DNA of 64,000 bases from assembly GCA_047495785.1 (NCBI GenBank), contig JBLDXI010000031.1, forward strand, positions 1,240,001 through 1,304,000, read 5' to 3'. A program made the position numbers and the translations under genes. A model generated the notes under the pieces. It had not been told where the DNA came from, did not search any database, and saw nothing but the letters and a program-made list of their open reading frames with translations. The DNA is from Lepidodermella squamata (lineage: Eukaryota; Animalia; Gastrotricha). Below, piece by piece: positions 25,225 to 37,000 of this stretch (position 1 is the first letter of the stretch; every line of letters starts with the position of its first letter).

Positions 25225-28072
25225 TCGACATGTTTGCGTCAATTGTTGTGTTTTCTTCTTAGTCATACATTAATTAAATGTGATTTCTGGTCGAATTTTC
25301 GATTGTTCTGTATTATCTGGTCGAAGCTAGTCAGTCATCTTCGCGGCAATCAAACTTTGGCAATAGCATGTTGAGGCGTTTCAAGGACGCGGTCAAGTTC
25401 AATTTCACGGTTTCGCCGGATGACGTCACCCTTGAAACGAACAAATGGGAGCCGCATATGCTTGCGGTAAAGTGTACACGGCGCAGCAAGAAACGGAGTA
25501 CCAAGGTAAGACCTTTGCAATTAACTAAAATTTTAAGAATTAAAATTCCTGAATTAATTTCTTCAAATTTGAATTTGAAGTTGAGCGCAATAATTTTACT
25601 ACCGACGTTTCTGTCAGTAAAATTCGGTAGTAAAACTTTGCGCTAAACTTCATCAACCTTCGTTATTCCAACAAACTGGTTATCAAGAACTGAATAATTT
25701 TATTTTGTCGATTTTTTGCCTAAATTCATAATTTTACAAGTCGCTCTTATGAAAATTTTCGAAATCGTGTATCGTTTTGAAGCAGGTTCTTGGGATGAAA
25801 TGTTGACGTAATGCGAAAATGCTTTACCGTAACAAAGGGTAACGTTGGATCAAACCATGAGTTTTAAAGAGTCGTTATCAGTAATTGAATCGAATGTTTT
25901 AGCATTGAATATTGATAATTGTTCGTTATTTCAGCGCCGAAGACTTGAAGTAGCTATCATTGGGTGATATAGCGTATAGCGTTTGGGTCTACATATATGT
26001 CGTCGGGGTTTATCAAATTCCGGGGTATTTCATATTTTTTGGACATGGCTATGTGAACACAGGATTCATACTCGGAGAGCAGTTGAGCGCCTCCGAACCG
26101 AAGTTGTTGCGCGTCCTTTGTTCAGTGCGCGCGTTTGTAAACGAACATCTACAACTTCGGTTAGCGATTACGAAACTTTGAAGGCTAAAACGTCGTACAC
26201 GTCTCCGAAGCCGTTTGTGATCTATAATTAGTTCTGAGTGATTCCTGTCTTCAACCTGTTCAAGAATGAAAACCTTCTTCAAAGAATTCGCTCATAAAAT
26301 CAATATAACTTTATTTAAGATCGAATTTAGCGACATCAGCGTAGTAAAAAATTGGCGCGTTCCGTATTTTTTCCTCTACCCAGTGACAAGACAGACAAAT
26401 TCATTCGTTCATTGTATGTATTTTGTATGTTATTTTGCGCTTATTTTGTTTAGAAATTAATGATAATATGTCAATGAATACGTTGATTGATTGGGCGGGA
26501 GAGGCTTTGCAAGTGGCAGTGGATTACGGCAAGGGAATCAAAGCTCGAACCGAGAAATTCGTTGCCTCTGTTACAGTAAAAGATGGTTCTGGGAATGAGG
26601 TGGCAAGAGGCTGTGCCTTCTGCTACACTCCTAATAAACCTCATTTCATAACATGCCGTCATGTTGTCGAGCCTACGGATGCGAATGGCGTTAAAATTTC
26701 AAACTGCCAGATATTCGTTTCCTTTGTTGATGGTGATGGCAACAAGTGTCTAGAGTTGGCGCGTCTTCTTGGGGTTTCGCCAGTTGATCGTTGGGATTTT
26801 GCAATTTTAAGTTGTTCCGCGAAAGCTACTCCGACATCTCATCTATGTGCATCAATGTGCGGTGTCCGTGATTATTGTTACCTTATTGGTTGTCGTCCTG
26901 ACTCGATCGGCTCTCGTGACATCGCCTTCAGCATTGGAATGCTTTCAACAGTCGGATTCTATGAAGCGGTTATAACCGCTCACGCCGACGATGGCTGGTC
27001 AGGGTTCCCAGTTGTTAACATCTATGGCAAGCTAATTGGTGTTCTGGTAAAAGGCGCCGGGCAAACTATCATTTCACATGTGATTCAACTGTCTCACGTT
27101 CTCAACCTGTTCCTGACAACCTATAACGCTCGTGCGTCTCCGCTAGACCAAGCTGATTTTTTTCAGGGATAGTTGTGATGGTGCAATTGCGAGTGCAGTG
27201 ATTTACTAGAGAAATATGAAATTGGAAAACGAAGTTGTCGAGATTATCTAATATTGTCTTATTAATTTTAGGGAGTATTATAAGAACTACATTGGGGAAA
27301 ATGCCCAAATTTGATGGTGAAAGTCCCAAAATTGATGGTAGGAAAATTTACACCCAATTACATTTTACCAAGTCTGGACTATGCCCACTTGCGCATTCCC
27401 TTTTCTGCACGTGTAAATAATAATTAATAACAACAAAAACACAAGAACACGAGCGAATAAGCGAATTTTGTTAAGCGCGCGCACACATTTATGTTTCCTG
27501 CTCGTATATGTGGCACCTGCTTAATCTGTTGTTCGTACTCTGGATTGGAAAGGAATGGTACAAAAGGCATTAGATTGATTTCAAGAAGTTATTTCAATCA
27601 CTATCCTGCCATTTGCTTGGTGAAAGCTTCTGCATTCAGAAGTCAACTTCAACAACTCATAGAAATGCAGACCGTAACCTGAAGTCACTAAAAGAAAAAA
27701 CGTTCGGAACCACAACATTTCCCTATTTTTCCAGCTTTGCAAGTGGCACAAGGATCCCTTGATTATTTACCCGTTCTCAGTGAGCCACATCGACATGTTT
27801 GCGTCAATTGTTTTGTTTTCTAGTCATACATTAATTAAATGTGATTTCTGGTCGTATTTTCGCTCGCTCGATTGTTCTGTATTATCTGGTCGAAGCTAGT
27901 CATCTTCGCGGCAATCAAACTTTGGCAATAGCATGTTGAGGCGTTTCAAGGACGCGGTCAAGTTCAATTTCACGGTTTCGCCCGATGACGTCACCCTTGA
28001 AACGAACAAATGGGAGCCGCATATGCTTGCGGTAACGTGTACACGGCGCAGCAAGAAACGAAGTACCAAGGT
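25225..28072 (+). repeat. Direct duplication of ~280 bp (25225-25507 and 27790-28072) containing the EHBP1 5' region and first coding exon
   Basis: Both copies run TCGACATGTTTGCGTCAATTG...GCATGTTGAGGCGTTTCAAG...ACCAAG|GT. The coding parts differ at 3 positions (2 synonymous, 1 K>T). Confidence 0.95.
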
Positions 28073-31000
28073 GAGGCTTAAATATTTTTTATAAGAATTG
28101 ACTCGTCGGAATTCATTTTACTGCATTTTAAATTTATTTTTAAATTGCTGACTGAATGATCGGCCTGAATTTTCATTTTGTCTTTTTGCAACCCTAAAAT
28201 CCAAAATTTCAGAGGTCATTTTTCTAAAAATTTCTGGAGGTTACGTGCTCGAGATGAAATCAGGGATGTAGAATCTATGTAGAATCAAGACAGCGAACTT
28301 CTGACTCTACATCAAGGCTGAAGAATCGCTTTTCATTCTCACGGCTATTATTCGCTACCCGCCATTTCTTGAAGGTGGGTCGAACAAGCGTCGAAAAAGT
28401 TTCATGGTCTTCAGCGTTCAACTTTGGCGTTGATAGAAAAGCAGAAACTTGCTGCTGGAGGGCATCAACAACTAGACAAACCTCGGCATCTCCGTTGCAA
28501 ACATCCGAATTCGACGAACTTTTTTCGGCTAATGATTGCTGAACATCGATTTCGCGGGGCTCGAAAGGACAAGTGCTGGTCGCGCATGCTCAGTAATTGC
28601 TAAGAGGAGGCTATACAAACAGAAAGAAGCTAGCGATACAGTAGTAGGATGAAACTGAGTAATAAATTCACGCGCAAGGGGATCTCCAAGAGGTTCGTAG
28701 GCGCTTTCCCCGCCGTTGCTGCTGATTCGGTCTCGGTCTCCTCTACTTCCATCCTCTCCGCTTCGATAGTCCGCTGATCGAGCACATTCGAGTTAAAATT
28801 AACTATGGAATAAAGTAGGGCAGCTTACCTACCACTTCTTTTACCATCCTCATCATCACCAGAGCCAGAGCCCGAAGATGAATCAACTTCGAAGCTACCC
28901 TTCTCGTTTTATTTGAGACGCATTCGCCTTTCGACTCTCCAGCAGCAAAGCATTTCGGAGCCCTAGGAACATTTGGAATAGCGGCTACAGCCGGCCTCGA
29001 AGCTGCGAATGTAGCTGTTTTGGGGTTCACAGAGCTTTGCTGAAACAAGCTTTGCAAAGCCGGAGTCTTCTGCAAAGTCCCTGAAAATCTGATCTCCTGC
29101 GTTACGGTATCTTGAGTTGTTCTAAATTCTGAGTATTAATAAATAATTCCGAAAATCACCAAAATTGCTATTGTGCGGCCAAATTTTAATAGTTAATGGG
29201 GTTTTTTATGTATCGAAAATTGCTGACTATTCTGACTTAATTTCAGCCTATTTCTTGGGAGCGAAACACTGAAAATGCGGCAAAACTCGAAGTTCGATGG
29301 AGCATACCTGAAAATCTCGAATTTATGGTCACATTCTACCGCGACACGGATAAAACTCGATTCGACGATAAGGAATGGAATTTCGTCCTCGAAGAAATCG
29401 ACGGCTCAAAACGCAAACCCCTCGCCTCAGAAATGGTCAATCTCGCCGAATTGGCGTCGAAAAATCTCTCATCTCAAGAAACTCTATTCCTAAAACTACG
29501 TCCGATTTCGACGAAAATCCGCTCGGCTGAACTAGCAGTCACGCTTAGTTGGGTTTTCGTAAAAGCTGGCAATTCGAAAGATGACGACATGCAAAGTGTC
29601 GCGAGCTTGGACGCGATTTCGAATCTATCCTTCGACGATTCAGCATACGGGCCTGGTTCGCTGAAGCGGAACCATTTAGGCGGGTCGGATGCGGGCCATT
29701 TCGAACGGCTAACCCCGGGTCGCTCGACTATGGCCGGGTTTGAAACAGGCCGGCGGTTTGCTAATCTCTTCAAGTCACATCGAAATAAAGAAAAATCTCC
29801 GGGGAAGAATTTATCGCCGTCCAAGACGATATCAGACGGGACTAGGACGCTGCCACTGCCGCGTGATCACACGACGAAAAAGCCTGTGGGTGAAATTCAC
29901 GAGACGAGTAAGGAAGATAACAACTCAGAGGGTACGGTTGTTACGTCGGTCTCCGTCACGGCTTCGGTTCATTCAGATTTGGCGGATTCAGCGCCGCCGA
30001 GTTCGGCGCCGTCGGCTAGTTTGATCAATACGTTGGTGAATAACAGCTCGAGTGGGAATATCACGTCGTCGCCTGCTGTTGGCCAGAAGCCGATCAAGCT
30101 GACGAGTGAGGATTTGCGGACGATGGCCGAGCGGCAGAAGAAAATGGCTGCGAAACCTGCGAGACCGGTCTATGAAGGTGAGGAAAAATTTTCAGAAATC
30201 GAGAAAATCGCTTCTTTTGCCCTATAAGGGAACTTTTTGCAAAAAACGATAGCTTTACAGGGTGTCCCAGAAGTTGCGCAACTATTTCCCTAACTTGGAA
30301 AATTTTTGTGGGAAATTCAACTATTTTTTTAAATTGAACCTACAGAGAGAAATTTTCATCTTTTATCCGCGATTGGACCCTAGAAATGAAACATTTGCCG
30401 GAGTAAACTCGAAAAAACCCGGTCGGTAATTTTTGGTATTTTACCCGGTTGGAACTTATTTCAACGGACTTTTAACAAGCGTTATTCTAGGTCAATATTC
30501 TCGTAATTTTTTCCGATTTTTCCAAATTTTGTCTGACCATAAGATATGACTTCGTCTCGCATTTTAGAGTTTCTGAACCTTTTCCCTGTATTTTCTTTCC
30601 TTGCGTTACTTATGGGACACACTGTAATAACAGCAACTTCGGTATGCCTCAAGTCGTTCTTTAGTAACTCGGCTATATCGGCTTTCAACTCCTTGCTGAT
30701 CAAGAGTTGTGCGGAAAACTTTCCTATTGAAGTTTAATAGGAAGAATTTGATGGGGCTTTCTGTAGAATGATGCAGTGTATTCGCGAAACGGAGAATCAA
30801 AAAGGCTCTTCGTTTGCAATACATTCAAACGACTTCTTTCGAAACGGAACCAGCAGAGTTCGGACCAGCCCGGTTTGTCTTTTCGAAGTCCTTCGTCATT
30901 TCGATCAGTCCGTAGGGCTTAACTGGCCGAGCCAGCGGTTCAGATTTCCACTGGCTCACTACCAAGATTGACCTCTTAGAAATCATCTTGACAGCCACGT

Positions 31001-34000
31001 CATATCATATTGGACTTGCTGGGTTTGCTCCTCTACAATACACGAGGGCAGCAGTGACAACAACGCCGCAATCGCCTGAAGTTGCAAAAGTAAATTAAAG
31101 AACAGGCGAGTACTAGTCCTGCAGCTGAAAGTCCCACCATAGACCGAAAATATATCATACAAATTAGGGAACCCGGTGAACCATCCAGCCTCAGCATCAG
31201 TCGCGTTGCTTCCAATCGTAGAATTCCCGTTCACCATCGATTCCAATGTAGCAGTAACAAATCGATCGCCCCAAATACCACCTGCATTTTTCGTTGCCAA
31301 GTCGGTCGTTAATAGGGTTACGAGCGTTAAAAAAGCGGTGACGTTGGAAAGTACGTTGTAGAACGTCGTGGAGGTATATAACGACGATATAATGCCTAGA
31401 AAACCTTCAACGTCTTGAAGTGGAACCAAAGGACGATGGACGCTACTGGGGGAAATTTTCACAAATTTGGCTAAAAACGCTTGAAATTATCCAAATGAAA
31501 GAGATGTTGATATGTTAAAAAGAAGCGGTTTTCACCAGTCGATCAGAGTGATTGGAAGTGAACGTGAGAGACGATCATGAACATAGTTTTTGATTAGCTT
31601 GAGCTTCGAAAAAGATCGTTCATTGGCGGCGGTAGTCACTGGAAGAGTCAGAAATAGTTTACAAGCTTGAGGAGAGCTATCTAGCATCAAGGAAGAATTT
31701 TTAGGCGAACATTGCCACCGAGGTCTGGCATAAATCGGTCAATTGTCCCGAGGTGAGATGGCGAAATAGCAGCATTAAGAACACGGAAAAGACAGAGATA
31801 AACCTACTAATTACTGGCTGAATGTAGGGCTAACTTACGTTTCAAGCCGTTGATTGGTCCGCGACTATTTTGGCCATCTTTTAGGCCCCACCAAGTAGAG
31901 CGCAAGATATTCATCCGGTTGGAAAAAAAGCATTTTATAGGTAGGAAAATACTTGCCTGAAATTTGCCGACCTCAATTGGTTCATTAGATATGTCAAATT
32001 TTGAATCAACACGAGCAGTCCAGTACTTAGGTAAAGAACAGTCACGCACACTAGGTGTGCAAGATCATAATAACTACCCGGCACTCGCTCGCACGCACTC
32101 GGCCACGACGTTGAGCAGGTCGGCACGAAGGGCGCGTGCCTTGCGGGCGAAGCACAACCTTGCCATTCGGATGACCTGGCCGGCAAAGGTGATGATGGCG
32201 AAGAAAAGTGCGACGTACACTGCCGCTTTTTGCGAGTCTAGCCCAATCGCATCTCCTATGAATTAGAGATGGCAGAATGTGAACAAAACAAAACAGAACA
32301 GAATGTGCTGAAGGTGAAAAAATGAATTTCTCACGACCTTGCAATTCCGTGTTTGAATTGTTGACCATTTCGAATGCATCGGCTAAAATGCTAAATAGAT
32401 CAGAAACTATGAATTTGCCGGCATGCCTATGGCGTTTAGCAATCGACAAGTCATCGATTTCATCGCGCAAAACGTTCCAGAACCTTGCCTCTCGATAGCC
32501 ATCGCACCTCTGTGTGAAATAGCAGTACTTCGATATCTACTTAATTCTCCAAACATTGAACAATTCTCCAAAGTTTATTGAACAAACTCGAGGATTGAGC
32601 TTATAGAAATATTTAATACAGCGACCCCCCAAAAATTGGTCGCTTTTCCCTATTTGAGAACACCGAAAACCACGTAGAATCTCATTTTAATTCATTTGGA
32701 TTTCTGCCAATTAAAAATAGCGTCCAAACTGCTATTTAAAAAACCGCAATAAGTAAAAAGACGCGCGAAACTAAACGAGACATCGTAGTAAAGCTCTACG
32801 GACTCCACTTTGGATAACAAAATGACTCGAAGAGCTTCCCGCACTACAACTAAACTGTTTCATTTGACAATCTCCGCCAACCTCGGCAGACTTTCCTCCG
32901 AAACAATAACTCAAAAAACTTTGACCGCTGTCATCTAGAAGAGAAAAATCTTGAAACAGGACATTCAAATATGCTAGAAGGTTCATTTTCTTTTGCGGTA
33001 GTCATGGTCGTGCGGTAGTTTTTCGGTACCAAAATATTCCTAATATGGTTCCATTTAAATTGAGACTCATAAAAATGAGTATGGAGAATTTTCGAAAAAT
33101 TTGTTGAATTGATTGGAAATTCTAATTTATGCTTCATTTTTAGGTACCCCACCTCCGTCGCCAGATGCTGAAGAGAAGCCTCTCCCTGAACTGCTGCCAC
33201 CTTCAGAAATCGCTCAACAACCTACTGCGACGCCAAGCGAACCGGCTGCGAAAAACGCCGAAAAACCTGCGGAAAAAGCAACTACTGCTGATGAAAAAAT
33301 CGCCACATCTCAACAACCTCCAGAAATCGTCAAATCATCCAGCAACAACAGCAATTTACAGGAGAATCAAGAAAACTCCGAGGAGAAGAACTTACAGGGC
33401 CTCGACCTACTCGAATGGTGCAAAGAGGTGACGCAGGGCTACCCGGGTGTCTGCGTCACCAATTTAACAACCTCATGGCGGAATGGCCTCGCCTTCGCCG
33501 CAACAATTCACCACTTTCGACCGGAGCTCATCGACTGGGACGAGTTGATGCGAGCCCCCTCACAGTCGCAACTAGTCTATAAACGCGTGTTGGACGCAGT
33601 TCTAGCCCTCAATGTAACATCACTGCCGTGGGAAAGCGGCGGCGCGATTGATTTGAACGCCGTCCCAGACCGGTTGTTAGTCACGAAATTTCTATACGAG
33701 CTACGGCAGAAATTATCGAATGAGGTTGAGCAGATTGAAAAGTTTGAGTTCGAACCGTTTGAACTCTCCTCGACGATGACCGAGTCTCAGGAGTCGAAAA
33801 TGACGAAATTATCGCCGTCGTCATCGCTGTCAAGCTCAGACCGGCCGAGGGTGGTTAGCCCGGTTTTAGGGTCGGCGCCTAAACCAGCCCCTGGTACGCC
33901 GCTGATGAAAAAGCGGGAGTATTACGATCCGTTGGGGTCGGACGAGGAGGATGCGATATTTAAGGAGAGATTCGCGAAACCACCTGTTAACCCGCTCAGG

Positions 34001-37000
34001 CCGGCGAATTCGCCGTCGAAAACGCCGCAGATTCAACGCGCTGCGTCTAGTCCGAAGACGAAAATTCGAGTCATTCGACCCGGCGAGGTGAACAACAATA
34101 ACGCGAATAATAACAATTCGGTGAATTCGAGTAACGACTCGACGTCGAATTCGTTGATATTACAAAAGGTGGTTGAGGTGCCGTTTTCGGCGGAAATGAG
34201 CGCGTCGGCCATGTCGCCCCGCCAAGCTCCGCCCAGTCCGCGAATTTCAGCCGGGTCAGACCCGAATCTGGCGAAAAAACCGCCGCCATCTTCAAACGGA
34301 TCGGCTAGTCGATTGAGGGAGCTGATGAGTTCTCGGCCTGTTCTAACGTTTCCGGATGAAATCGAGCACGTCCCGTTGCCGGTTGAAGAACCGCCACCGC
34401 CTGTTAATGGGCATTCGAATGGTGCGATATCGAATGGTGCTGCTGAGAATAATCGAGTGTTGAGGTCGGGCGTTTCGATGCTCGTCGACGTTGAACCGGG
34501 CGAGCAGGAGAATTTGGCGCGGCAACAGACGGCCATTGAAAAAGAAACGGCTGATATTCAAAATTTGCTACAACGGATGTCTGCGACAGGTTTGTCATAT
34601 TTATTTGCATATTTCAAATTAGAATGGTAAAATTAGTGGGGAAATAGCTAAAATGTTACTTTCATCGCATCTATCCTCATGGGTAGCTCTGAAATTGTTC
34701 TCTGAAATTGAGGTGCCAGCAATAAATAATGAAGGCGGATCCTCCCTTTACCGGAGCCAAATTTACTGTATCGGAACCAAACTTTGAGATTTTCTAGTTA
34801 ACTGAAATCACTTTTCGGATATTTCTGGCTATCAAGTTTGACCACAGTAATCTGAAAAAAATCACCATTTAATTCAGCCTAACATTCACTGTAAGACGTG
34901 TTGTTCAATTCAGAACCCGTGCGTCTCCTCAAATTCGTATAATCATTCTAAAAGTGACTCTTTGTATATTTCGACTTTAGTTCCGTTCAAAGATATTCTA
35001 ATAATTGAGGAGCTTTTTTGCCAAAGTTTCCCAATTTGTTGCCATTTCGACTTTTTCCTCCCTTGATTGATTCTATTAATTCTATTTTATGACCTGTTGC
35101 AACTTCGTATCTTCAGATATTCGATCAGTTTAGCATATTTTCTGATTTCATAGCCCGAATTCGGTTACATTTTTGCTGGATACAAATATTTGCATTTGAA
35201 TTGTGCTCAGAGCTTCGACAGACCCCATTGCATTTTTCTGGAAATCGCACTTGCGTTGATCTAAATGAGCTGTACAGCCTACTGAACCCTGAGTCCATGG
35301 GAAATTGGGTCAGCAGATGGCTGAAAACTTTTCATTAGGGACTACTTGGTGGGATGTTGAAAAACCTCCGACCTAAATTCATTTTTTAACAAAGTTCTAA
35401 ATAATTCCGATGGCAGTAGTTAGTTCCTAAAGAATTCCTTTCCGATTCGAAATTCACTTCTCACCTCCAAAGTTTGGTCACGTTGTGTTTCAATCCGCTG
35501 AAGAACACCTTTGAATATTTCGACATCTTTAGCTTGAAGGAAATATGTTTTGAAATTTTTCATTTTTTTCGTTCTATTTCTGTTGGTAAATTTTCATTCT
35601 GTTCATTTCAACTGCTGCATATTTTTGAAATCCTGGTTCATCTCTGTCTTCTTTATTTTCATGTTTATTTTCAGCATCTTTAAGATATTTACGGATAATA
35701 GCGGAGCTTGTTTAGGTTTTTGCTGCAAATCGCGGAAGATCATCTCATTTGATCCTACTTGAGAAAAGTTGGATTAGCCATTGCTTTAATCGCACAAGAT
35801 CCTCGGGCTATAAAAGTCTTTTATAGCATTATAATGACGATCCATAAAAAAGCCCCTCTTATGACCTACTTACCGTATTTGCATAGATTATAAAAACACT
35901 ATCCCAAAATTCGGATGATCCTTGATTTGGTCAGATTATCCTCAATTTTAAGGCGGATTTTTTTGTTTTAAATCAGGTTTTTTTCCTCTATTATAAACTC
36001 GTTAGTCGCAGTAGGGTTTCTATTGGGTAATGTGCATTTAAATATTTACTTTGATTAATTATAATTGTGATCACGTTTTGTCGGCTGCTTTTCTCAGGCG
36101 ATCGCGACATGGAGCAAGACCTGTTGCAGCGGCTGTTTGTTCTCGTCAACCGAAAAGATGCGATCGTGCGGCGCAAGTTTCAAGTCGATCTCGTGTAAGT
36201 GATTCTTGTTTGTTTATCTTCTCACTCACAGCTTGATTGCCAATAGCCAGTAGTGGTAGAGCCCTTGCAGGTAGCCTACAGCCACGAACTAGCGGCGGCG
36301 CTTTGCTTTGATAGCTCGATATGTTTTGACACGGCCACTTGACGTCGTGTAATTGGCTAATATAGGCAGTAAGGTGGGACCCTGGTGGGCGCCCGGCTTT
36401 GATCACCTCAGAGCCGGCGCCCGCCCGCCTCAGGCACGTTTGCCGAGTTTAGGCAACTGGGCGTGACAAGGTGTCTTAGCTTAGCTGCTACCTGCTATGT
36501 CGTCTTATTTGACTGTTTGATTGGTCGTTTGCTGGTGGCTGTTGTTTGCCGAGGGTGTGGCGGAATACGTGAGCGCGAAAAGGAAGTCGAGGGGCCGTTG
36601 ACGCGCGCCACTTGACTAGTTGCGAATTTGTTTTATTACGCCGCTGAACAAGTGACTCGCGGTGAGTGATTGCCGGCCTCGGTCTTGTGTTGCGCGATCA
36701 AGCTGGAACCGAGAAAAATATGGAAAATATGGAAAAATTACAAAATATTCCACGAAAATTTGGAGGATCGAAAATATTAAATTCTGAATATTTTACTCCG
36801 AAAATAATTTAAAAAGAAATTAGCTGTAAAACTTTGGAAAATCGCAAAATTCTGAACATAATTTTGAAATGCCTCGAATATAAATTCCGATTTTAAATAT
36901 TTTTTATTCAATTTTTCATTATTCTCTAATTTGGATAATAAAACGTGAACCTGGAAATATTTCTGATTTTTCTAATTTTTTTGTTCATTTTGTTCGATGG

